A stretch of DNA of 64,000 nt, from positions 1-64,000 of the IMG/VR virus record IMGVR_UViG_3300004686_000002, one strand, 5' to 3'. Both the position numbers and the translations under genes were made by a program. Origin of the DNA: an uncultured virus (IMG/VR IMGVR_UViG_3300004686_000002) (taxonomy: Duplodnaviria > Heunggongvirae > Uroviricota > Caudoviricetes). Under the pieces are notes generated by a model, which worked only from the letters and a program-made list of their open reading frames with translations, had not been told where the DNA came from and searched no databases. Shown here piece by piece: positions 9,474-17,270 of the stretch. Position 1 is the first letter of the stretch. The number at the start of each line of letters is the position of its first letter.

Positions 9474-10553
9474 TTATTTGCTAGATAGGAAGTTTACCGC
9501 TGCTTCTTTTGAATTAAGTCTAGCCATAGGGTTAGGTGGAAGCTTGCTCAGGTCGATTTCGCCTGGGTCAGCAAACACCTGGTCCTGCTGGTTTGACTGG
9601 GCAGAAGGAATTTCTGTGTTGATAGGTGCACCGATCTGGGCCTTCTGAATAGGTCCAGAGAATACTGGCTGTATCCTTGCCGGAGCCTGAACTGGGGCTG
9701 CTGGCGCAACCACAGGAGCCGCCACAGGGGGATTAATTCCACCTGAGGTGCGCTCTATACCAGGAACGCGAGCACTACGAGTAAGGCCAGGAAAACCATC
9801 CATGCAATGCTCAAATATTTGAGCGGGATACATATCCCTGAGCTTGGCAATGATTTCTTCCTTGCTCTTAACAATCAATACATCGTCCAGGTTATACAGA
9901 TTCTCTGACTCCGTGAGTTCAGGAGGAAGTACAGCTGGCTGAGATGTCTCGATATTAATGCACCAAGGATTAGAGCTGTTCTCCTTGAGCTGAATAAACA
10001 CAGGGAGTGCGCGCTCTGGATCATTGATCATAGGACGAGGATTACCGGACACATCCAGCTTGCCCATCCATTCAAGAATCTGGCTTGCACCATTGTAGCT
10101 AGGAAGATCCAGCACATGAGCACCCGCCGAAATGTTATTAGCATAAACAACATTAAAGATCAGACGCTTTGTGATCCTACCAAAGTTCGGATACTTCTTG
10201 AACTGCTTGCCGTTAACATTAACGGTGGCGTTTGCTTCATCGTTATCTGCATAACCAAGACCCTTGTAATTATTTGCAAAATACTCTGCAGGGTCTTCAT
10301 AACGATTAGGAACATAGTACTTCTCCTTGAACTTATCCCCGAAATTATCGCGGATGTCGATAGACTTGTACCATACACCATTACCAAAAGAGTCAGCCTT
10401 GTAGCCGCTCAGGAAATAAACATAAACACCTTGCTGATTGGTGTTTTTGTTGAAGATCATCCTTCTTACGTTTTCACGAATATAAGGAGCAGTATTTACG
10501 GCTTGGCCGGTTTCAGCTCCCTCAAATTTAAGACTAGGTTTGATATATGCCAT
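9474..10553 (-). CDS. Probable single-stranded DNA-binding protein (gp32-like)
   Basis: Adjacent to recA; aromatic-rich core and Pro/Ala/Gln flexible tail; the call is mainly positional. Confidence 0.5.
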   Translation of the reverse strand: MAYIKPSLKFEGAETGQAVNTAPYIRENVRRMIFNKNTNQQGVYVYFLSGYKADSFGNGVWYKSIDIRDNFGDKFKEKYYVPNRYEDPAEYFANNYKGLGYADNDEANATVNVNGKQFKKYPNFGRITKRLIFNVVYANNISAGAHVLDLPSYNGASQILEWMGKLDVSGNPRPMINDPERALPVFIQLKENSSNPWCINIETSQPAVLPPELTESENLYNLDDVLIVKSKEEIIAKLRDMYPAQIFEHCMDGFPGLTRSARVPGIERTSGGINPPVAAPVVAPAAPVQAPARIQPVFSGPIQKAQIGAPINTEIPSAQSNQQDQVFADPGEIDLSKLPPNPMARLNSKEAAVNFLSSK

Positions 10554-10555
10554 AA

Positions 10556-10876
10556 TTAATTTTGTGTTGTTTGTGGGTTATTGTTTATGTTTGTTGGATT
10601 TTCTTCGTTCAGGTTTGTAAAAAGGAAGTACTGATCTCCTAGTTTTGTGCTCATGGCTTCTGCCACTGCGTATATGTTGTCATATTGACTAAACCAATAC
10701 CGCAGGTAGCCAGAATAATCCAGTGGAATTTTGTTCCACTCGCGAATAATGGCCTCTGCGAGCTTTTCGTCAATGTTCCATTCATCTATTTGAATATGTA
10801 GTCTCTGGCAGACCTTGTCAAGGCACTCCCTGAGTTTATTTTCAATGATGCGCTTGTTTGTTTCCTGATAATCCAT
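10556..10876 (-). CDS. Hypothetical protein coupled to the E1 gene
   Basis: TGATG overlap with the E1 stop. Confidence 0.6.
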   Translation of the reverse strand: MDYQETNKRIIENKLRECLDKVCQRLHIQIDEWNIDEKLAEAIIREWNKIPLDYSGYLRYWFSQYDNIYAVAEAMSTKLGDQYFLFTNLNEENPTNINNNPQTTQN

Positions 10877-11472
10877 CAGATCATGAACAGCTTCTTGTCT
10901 GTTCGTTCTCCTCTTATGAAATTAAGGAACGTTTGAACCATCATGCCTGCCACAACAGTAGGAAGAGTATGACTGATGTTTGACTCTTTCTCGTGCTTTA
11001 GCAAGCAACCTCCCCGGATCTCCTCGTCATTGATATACTTCTTCAGCTCGTCCTCTGGAAGCTTGGAATTAAACAAAGCACCTTGACGGCTGGTGCAACG
11101 ACCATCTATCCAGAAAGCCTTGTCCTTGTTTTCAAACCCCCAGGTATACAGGGTTTTACGGAACTGCATACTGTCCACGCAGCTGAAGATTACATCATAT
11201 TTCTTGAAGTCCTTTTCATCCATGAACTTATTAATGCCGTTCACCACATATTTGTCCTCTAGCACTTTTACTTTAGGGCGACCAACGTCATCAATCTTGT
11301 AGTTTTGGTGAAGAAGATTGCTGGTATCCACAGTGTCGTCGTCATAGATATCAACATCCACACTGGAGTAATCGAACTGCTTACGATTAAATCCATAGTC
11401 GAATAGTATAGCCAATAAGTTAGAACCAATACCGCCAGCACCTGCAATTCCGATTTTCTTTATTTTATTCAT
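10876..11472 (-). CDS. ThiF/MoeB/E1-family adenylyltransferase (ubiquitin-activating-like)
   Basis: GAGGIG loop, DDDTVDTSNLLHQ, GRPKV, CVDS...R, WIDGR; candidate catalytic Cys in IRGGCLL. Confidence 0.92.
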   Translation of the reverse strand: MNKIKKIGIAGAGGIGSNLLAILFDYGFNRKQFDYSSVDVDIYDDDTVDTSNLLHQNYKIDDVGRPKVKVLEDKYVVNGINKFMDEKDFKKYDVIFSCVDSMQFRKTLYTWGFENKDKAFWIDGRCTSRQGALFNSKLPEDELKKYINDEEIRGGCLLKHEKESNISHTLPTVVAGMMVQTFLNFIRGERTDKKLFMI

Positions 11473-11911
11473 TGTTTGTTATGTGTAGTAGTGTTTCCAG
11501 ACCCATTACAAATGTATGAAGGTCTTTTTGTGGTGACCATTCAGAGAATGAAAAGGCTCTGTGTTTTTTAGAATATATGTAATTATATTTGAATCCTTGG
11601 AATAATTTATCGTAATCAAGCTGACTAGGAGTAGGTGCGAATTGAGGATGTGTATGAAAGCTTGCATACATATTCCAACCCTTACCTATCATAGATATAA
11701 CTTTCTCGCCAAAGTCTTTAGGATCTGTGACATAAAGACCATAGGCTACTTCTTCACCGGCATGGAGATTTTTTACTTTAACAAAAACAAAATCAATTTC
11801 GTTCTTGGTGAGTATTATTCCCCCCTCTTCCTCGTTATCTAGGGGGCAGCTTATCGCTGCCCCCGTAATAACTCTGGATAACTTTTTATTTATTTCTTTT
11901 ATAATGCCCAT
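11465..11911 (-). CDS. JAB/JAMM (MPN+) metallo-isopeptidase
   Basis: Glu in EEEGG plus HTHPQFAPTPSQLD = HxH-x7-S-x2-D; start placed at the TAATG overlap at 11911. Confidence 0.9.
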   Translation of the reverse strand: MGIIKEINKKLSRVITGAAISCPLDNEEEGGIILTKNEIDFVFVKVKNLHAGEEVAYGLYVTDPKDFGEKVISMIGKGWNMYASFHTHPQFAPTPSQLDYDKLFQGFKYNYIYSKKHRAFSFSEWSPQKDLHTFVMGLETLLHITNNE

Positions 11912-12570
11912 TATACCAGGCCCCACTTTTCCGCAATCTTCTTGGTGAGGATCAGATCATTCTTTAGATAATCTTTTGCGGCCTCTGGGTTTTCTGAGTA
12001 CTTCTGATAGAATAGCTTGTCATCTTTTGGTTTGTCGCCCACACCAAGGTGTAACGCCAACTCTTTCAGGCTGGTGTAATCCTTGCGCCGACAATCCCAC
12101 ATAACCGCTAGATCCACAAGGCCGGAATCATAACCAATGCCACCATCTGTTCTGAAGAACTTGGTGAACATGTTATTACCATACTTCAGACCTCTGCGGC
12201 AAAGAAACGGAATATCAAAATTGTTTCCGTTAAATGTGATTATCTCGTAGGCTCTTCCAGAAGCACCATTAGCGTCTGTGCTGAATGTGAGAAGATCGCT
12301 GAAAATATTAATCAGCTTTTCTTCTGCCATAGCGCAATACAGTTCAGGCTCTTCTTTACCAATTTCCCAGATGCCTAATGCACATACTTTAGATGTTAGT
12401 GCAGACAAGGTGGACTTCTCGTAGAAGTTAACTTCCTTGGACTTAAGATCTTCTGCGATTTTAACAGGATCCTTTAGTCGGCTATCTGCCTTGAACTCCG
12501 GAACAAACGGAGCAAGCTCTTCTTTTTCAAGTGGTTCTGTCTCTATATCGATTACGTATTTCTTGATCAT
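11911..12570 (-). CDS. Stand-alone DEDDy 3'-5' exonuclease (PolB-exonuclease-like)
   Basis: DIETE, FNGNNFDIPFL, YLKND; start moved to the ATG at 12570, downstream of a hairpin. Confidence 0.85.
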   Translation of the reverse strand: MIKKYVIDIETEPLEKEELAPFVPEFKADSRLKDPVKIAEDLKSKEVNFYEKSTLSALTSKVCALGIWEIGKEEPELYCAMAEEKLINIFSDLLTFSTDANGASGRAYEIITFNGNNFDIPFLCRRGLKYGNNMFTKFFRTDGGIGYDSGLVDLAVMWDCRRKDYTSLKELALHLGVGDKPKDDKLFYQKYSENPEAAKDYLKNDLILTKKIAEKWGLV

Positions 12571-12584
12571 ATTATTAAAGTTGC

Positions 12585-12609
12585 GGGGTGGGTGATAACC
12601 ACCCACCCC
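12585..12609. promoter_or_regulatory. Perfect 10-bp GC-rich intergenic hairpin
   Basis: ggggtgggtg-ataac-cacccacccc; no strong U-tract on the minus strand. Confidence 0.6.
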
Positions 12610-12619
12610 TGGGTTACTT

Positions 12620-12796
12620 TTATCTTCCGTAATAGTCTATATCCGCGAAGTTTGTTTTCTTACACTCCGCATACATTCTATTATTTGTGATTCTATTGAA
12701 TACACTGAGTAGCTTACTAACCATCAATTCCCTGCTATGGGTATTACCAATCTTTATTTGCGCCTTTACTTTTTTATTTTTTGGAACGCGTTTCAT
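12620..12796 (-). CDS. Small basic hypothetical protein (58 aa, not in the ORF track)
   Basis: Manual translation MKRVPKNKKVKAQIKIG...YYGR* fills the gap. Confidence 0.45.
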   Translation of the reverse strand: MKRVPKNKKVKAQIKIGNTHSRELMVSKLLSVFNRITNNRMYAECKKTNFADIDYYGR

Positions 12797-12809
12797 TGGA
12801 GTTTGATTT

Positions 12810-14882
12810 TTAAGCCAAGTCTAGTTTCTCAATAATTTCTTCTGTTACATCTCTTTCTGGTTGGTAGTCGTTATGCACATTCTCATATTGAGGCTGTGCT
12901 CCTCCTTGCAGTGTTCCGATCTTTTTCTGCATAACAGAGTCATTCTTAAGAACATACAGTCTGGCTGCGATATCATCATAGCCAACACCACGGAAATGCC
13001 CGTCGTTCACAATGCAACGATACTGCTTTGTATCGAAGTCATAAACCTTGGCATTTTCCACAACGATTGCATATGTTCTCAGACTGCCCTGAACCTTGAA
13101 CGCTTTCTTACCCAGGAACTCAATCTGCTCTGCTCCTGTGACTTTAACCGCACTGTTCAAGAACTCTTTACTGCGTTCTATGGCCTTTTTCTTGGCTTCG
13201 TCCGCAACATCGATAATCTTCTTGATGTCTTCTCCTGTTACAGAAGTTGTGGTTATTGTATTGGTAGTACCGTCCTCGTTCTTGGTTACTGTGGTATGTG
13301 TACAGCAATCTTTGATAGCTTTTGCAAGCTCTTCACGAGCCCAGCGCCAGCTACGGGATTTACCTGCCTTGTTAGACCAACGGTCATTGGTTTTCTTGTT
13401 GATCGTGTCTATCTTGGTGATGAGTCTTCCGAGGCTTACCTTGCCTCCGTCATCTCCTTCTACCCTGATCTTGATACAGCGGGCAGCTGGATCAATCCAG
13501 AATTTAACTGCCGGGGCTGTGGAGCTGGGCTCTTCGGAGTTATACTCCTCTCTGGTAATAACGCTGTGCATTTTAACAGGCAGACCATTAGCGATAGCAT
13601 CATGCCATCTGATGCTCATCTTGCTAATACGGGCAACAAACAGATTATACTCGGCAAGACTGTGATGACAGCTCGCCCTGTATAGTACCTTGCCTACCTC
13701 TGCTGCATTTATCCTCTTACCATTAATCTTTCTTACACCTGTGTGGGTCTTGCAGATATTCACGGCGAATCCATTGATCTTTATCTCTGGGAACTCGTAT
13801 GTACCCTCTGCCACCTCTTTCTCATCCACCTGTTCTTTTGTATTCTCTGAGTATGCCTCTATTATAGAATATATATCGAACTCTCCACCGAAGTTAATCT
13901 TGTTGTATATAACATCAAGTAAATCAGGAGCTTCCAGACTTAGATTCTCATATGTGGCGGAAGTTTTTGTGAGAGTGATATTGTTGATACTGGTCTTCTC
14001 AATCTCTCCCGTCATGAGCTTATTGATAACAATCAAAGAGGTATTGTTTTGATAGTCTTTCTCTATATAGGCCCTGAGCTCATCATACTTTACCTTATGC
14101 CTTGCTGATAGACGTTTCTCCATCTTCAGCCTAACCATTTGAGCCTCGTTGGAGTGTATAAAGCAACCTCCCTTGAGGAATGAGGTAAGCTTTGCATCCA
14201 TAGTAACCAGTAGGAATACATGCATGGTATGTACATCCAGTTGGTTCGTGATTACCAAATGCCGCTTTTCATTTCCATTACTAGAGACTTCTTTAACCAC
14301 CATCATGAAAAATCCCTTGTCGAGATAGTCATAGATATCGTCGTCATCTCTACCAATAATCAAAACAGAGGACGAATGTGGTGTATTGGTGTATACCAGC
14401 CTATAGGTATGCACACCCTCCATTACTTCTAATGGAGCATTTTGAAAAATAAAAGGAAGATACAGACTATCAGGTACTTCCTTCGGGATGAAACGCATGC
14501 TCTTAAACGCTTTAGCCAGTTCCTGGCCGTTTGTTTTTGTGAGCTTCTTAACAATTCCCTTGGTGTCTACCTTATCTGCTCTGGTGTCTGAATAGAATCT
14601 CTCACCAGCGCTTCCTGGAGTTGTTCTTGATTTTGACAATGGAGCTATGTCAAGACCCTGCACAGGGATCTTGCTCATCTTTGAGTAACTCCATGCAGCT
14701 TGGAGTGTTTTAAATTTCAGATCACTAATCTTCAGTCGCACTGCGGGGTCATAAGGATACTGAATACCATGGTTCATCTTCTGCCAGTCATGATCGAACC
14801 TCACACTACCACCGGAAGCGAATTTTTTTATTTTATTAAAGTTATTTACTAATGAATTAAATTTTTTAAGTGATATTTCCAT
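12810..14882 (-). CDS. 690-aa protein of the ubiquitin-like module (candidate E2-like or conjugated partner)
   Basis: Lies between the Ubl gene and JAB/E1; C-terminal domain VQGSLRTY...YRCIV followed by GTLQGGA; function is inferred. Confidence 0.75.
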   Translation of the reverse strand: MEISLKKFNSLVNNFNKIKKFASGGSVRFDHDWQKMNHGIQYPYDPAVRLKISDLKFKTLQAAWSYSKMSKIPVQGLDIAPLSKSRTTPGSAGERFYSDTRADKVDTKGIVKKLTKTNGQELAKAFKSMRFIPKEVPDSLYLPFIFQNAPLEVMEGVHTYRLVYTNTPHSSSVLIIGRDDDDIYDYLDKGFFMMVVKEVSSNGNEKRHLVITNQLDVHTMHVFLLVTMDAKLTSFLKGGCFIHSNEAQMVRLKMEKRLSARHKVKYDELRAYIEKDYQNNTSLIVINKLMTGEIEKTSINNITLTKTSATYENLSLEAPDLLDVIYNKINFGGEFDIYSIIEAYSENTKEQVDEKEVAEGTYEFPEIKINGFAVNICKTHTGVRKINGKRINAAEVGKVLYRASCHHSLAEYNLFVARISKMSIRWHDAIANGLPVKMHSVITREEYNSEEPSSTAPAVKFWIDPAARCIKIRVEGDDGGKVSLGRLITKIDTINKKTNDRWSNKAGKSRSWRWAREELAKAIKDCCTHTTVTKNEDGTTNTITTTSVTGEDIKKIIDVADEAKKKAIERSKEFLNSAVKVTGAEQIEFLGKKAFKVQGSLRTYAIVVENAKVYDFDTKQYRCIVNDGHFRGVGYDDIAARLYVLKNDSVMQKKIGTLQGGAQPQYENVHNDYQPERDVTEEIIEKLDLA

Positions 14883-14909
14883 TTTGTGTATGTGTGTTTA
14901 TTTTTGATG

Positions 14910-14941
14910 TGTGGGGAGAGGGATCGGACCTCTTCCCCACA
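14910..14941 (-). other. tRNA minihelix-like hairpin
   Basis: TGTGGGG-A-AGAGG-TCCGATC-CCTCT-CCCCACA: 7-bp and 5-bp stems with a 7-nt T-loop-like loop. Confidence 0.6.
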
Positions 14942-14955
14942 ATATAACAGACTAA

Positions 14956-15222
14956 TTACAGAGAGGCGCCACCAACCAGAGTACCAGAGAGTACGATGTT
15001 GGTGTCTTCTGCTGCAGCCAGGCGAGTAGCGAGCTTCTCGCGGTTCTTGTCCGAGGTAACATCATTACCGTCGAACTCAAACAGCTGACCATCAACCCAT
15101 ACCCAGTGGGCATGAGAGGCAACCTTGGAGGTGATGGCATCAACCGCCTGGTCGATGGTCTGGTCTGCGAGCTCGGTGTGGCCCGTGTTGTCGGAGATCT
15201 TGACGACGAATTTCTTGTTCAT
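14956..15222 (-). CDS. Ubiquitin-like (MoaD/ThiS-type beta-grasp) protein with capped Gly-Gly
   Basis: 88 aa; N-terminal beta strand, WVWVDG strand-turn, C-terminus IVLSGTLVGG-ASL; next to E1 and JAB genes. Confidence 0.8.
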   Translation of the reverse strand: MNKKFVVKISDNTGHTELADQTIDQAVDAITSKVASHAHWVWVDGQLFEFDGNDVTSDKNREKLATRLAAAEDTNIVLSGTLVGGASL

Positions 15223-15276
15223 AACTGCGTGTTTTTGGGTTGGTTGTTGTGTTTTTGTTGTTTACCTGCGGGGTGA

Positions 15277-15534
15277 TTATTCACCTTTTGTTGTTTTACT
15301 TTCCGGCTGGGATGTACTCAATGCCTGAGTATCTCCTGCAGTGCCGTTAACTGCTTCTGCTGTTGGAAGGGTGGCTGAACTATCTCCACCCGTTAATGAC
15401 TGCTCTGAATGTAGCTGACTTTCGTAGTGAGCCAAAAGTCTCTTAAGGTACTCTATAGCATCCTCTATTGATTTGGCCTCGCCTGACAAAAAGGGCTTTA
15501 CCTCGCTTACAATTTTATGGATATCAATATCCAC
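15277..15534 (-). CDS. Hypothetical protein
   Basis: Probable GTG start at 15534, just after the upstream stop. Confidence 0.45.
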   Translation of the reverse strand: MDIDIHKIVSEVKPFLSGEAKSIEDAIEYLKRLLAHYESQLHSEQSLTGGDSSATLPTAEAVNGTAGDTQALSTSQPESKTTKGE

Positions 15535-15535
15535 T

Positions 15536-16279
15536 TTACTTCTGCTCAAACATTGCTTGAGCCACGATGTGCAGGTTCTCCAAGTAGCCAGCATTCGTGA
15601 TACGATCAATGTATGTAGTACCGGAATAGTTTTTTGCTTTTCCTAGTCCACATTCCTCTAAGGTATATCCCTGCTTACCTAATTCGATACGCATAATACG
15701 ATCAAACTGAGCGTACAATGCTTTGTAGGCTGTGCGATGCTCGTACCGATCATTCTCCTCTTCCTGCTTGGGAGTGATCTGCTTGGCATTCATTTGCCTC
15801 ATTGCCTCCTTATGCACAAGCTTGTTGATCTCACTCTTGAGATTCCGCTTGGCGGTTTCTTCTGGTGACGAGATATGATTACGCACCTCTTCCAGGCTGA
15901 GCTTAGGAGGAGTGGGTAGTGCTCGAGCTGCAGTAATATCCTGCATTACATCAGTCGGGATTTCCTCAGCGATTTGATCGTTAGTATTAACAACCTTCAC
16001 GGAAGTTCCTCCAGTGATGTTCTGCTGTGTTACCTCCACAGTCTTTACAGCTGTTTGGTCACAGAGTAGGTTGTATGTATCCACGTCATTAACATTAACA
16101 AGTTGACGATTACGGGTAACTCCTCCCACAGTAACGCGGGACATGAATACCGCCCCGTCTTTCTTGAACGTATTCACGGGAGTCATTCCGGCACAGTCGA
16201 TCAAGTCACTAACGCAATAGGCTTTTTGCCCATTAACTTCTACAGTACGCATGTTTGCGGTGTTTATCTTCAGTTTCAT
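15536..16279 (-). CDS. Hypothetical protein, possibly Bro-N/antirepressor-like DNA-binding
   Basis: N-terminus MRTVEVNGQKAYCVSDL resembles Bro-N; ACACACAAA leader before the ATG at 16279. Confidence 0.5.
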   Translation of the reverse strand: MKLKINTANMRTVEVNGQKAYCVSDLIDCAGMTPVNTFKKDGAVFMSRVTVGGVTRNRQLVNVNDVDTYNLLCDQTAVKTVEVTQQNITGGTSVKVVNTNDQIAEEIPTDVMQDITAARALPTPPKLSLEEVRNHISSPEETAKRNLKSEINKLVHKEAMRQMNAKQITPKQEEENDRYEHRTAYKALYAQFDRIMRIELGKQGYTLEECGLGKAKNYSGTTYIDRITNAGYLENLHIVAQAMFEQK

Positions 16280-16334
16280 TTTGTGTGTTTTGTTGCGCCT
16301 GGTCACTATGGATAGGCTTTGTTTTTGTTTATTC

Positions 16335-17069
16335 CTATCTGTGGATAGGAAATTGTATGTGTCTCAATTCTCCTGTTTTAAGAGTTCTATCTATACAGGC
16401 CCTGCATCTGCTACAGGCACCATAGTCTTTTGTACTCTTTAACTGCTTTGCTACAGCGGGGCATGTTAGGAATTTTCTGTCATTTATTTTGTCCTCGGGG
16501 AAGTTATCTCCCATCCAGGCAATAGCCACATTAGGATAATTTCTATACGGCTCATATGCCTCTAACACAGCATCTATGTTAACTGGGTCACAGCTAATAT
16601 AGATAGACATGTTTTTTACCTCAGCCAGGATAGGTATTGCAAATAAGGATCTGGTATATCCCCAGAATCTTACTAGCGGCCATTCCTCCATAACATGGGC
16701 CCAAGCTCTTGCATATTCCTCATTGAAGAAATCCCCACCCATGTGTAGGCGGAAATACTGCTTCATGAATCCTCCGTTAAGAAGAAACTTCAACAATGTA
16801 TTTCTAAGGATTTCAACCTTTAGTGAGTAATCTGCGTTGAGTAACATGAAAGTATTGTAATCTTCTGTCTTCTTGTAGTTTTTGTATATCCTGCTTGTGG
16901 TGCAGGCATAACAAACATCCAAGCAACCCTCTTTACCCTTGGTCGCTCCTGGACAGGTACCACCTTCATTAATCTCTCCTGTTTTTAACCCAAAAGTATT
17001 CTTATGCTCTTTAAAGAATCTTGTTTTCCTGTTTTCTGATAACTTTAAACTTAGTAAGCTTTTAGCCAT
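16335..17069 (-). CDS. Gp88-like Cys-rich (radical-SAM-like) phage protein
   Basis: TCPGA....C...CYA, FRLHMGGDFF, FWGYTR, TCPA, CSRCRAC; TAATG-coupled start. Confidence 0.75.
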   Translation of the reverse strand: MAKSLLSLKLSENRKTRFFKEHKNTFGLKTGEINEGGTCPGATKGKEGCLDVCYACTTSRIYKNYKKTEDYNTFMLLNADYSLKVEILRNTLLKFLLNGGFMKQYFRLHMGGDFFNEEYARAWAHVMEEWPLVRFWGYTRSLFAIPILAEVKNMSIYISCDPVNIDAVLEAYEPYRNYPNVAIAWMGDNFPEDKINDRKFLTCPAVAKQLKSTKDYGACSRCRACIDRTLKTGELRHIQFPIHR

Positions 17070-17269
17070 TAAAATTGAATGTGTTCTTCTGCTTCTTGTT
17101 TTTCTTTCACTGTGTCTGATACCTCGTAGCTGCACCTGTTGCACATTGTTACTACACAGGTATCTCCGGCTGTATTCCTACACGTCCAGCTAGAGAAGTC
17201 TTCACTTCCACAGCACGGGCATTCTTCAGTTTTACTAATTGCTAATTTTGTTTTTTTCTTGATGGTCAT
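17069..17269 (-). CDS. Small zinc-ribbon protein
   Basis: CPCC...CNRC. Confidence 0.55.
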   Translation of the reverse strand: MTIKKKTKLAISKTEECPCCGSEDFSSWTCRNTAGDTCVVTMCNRCSYEVSDTVKEKQEAEEHIQF

Positions 17270-17270
17270 A

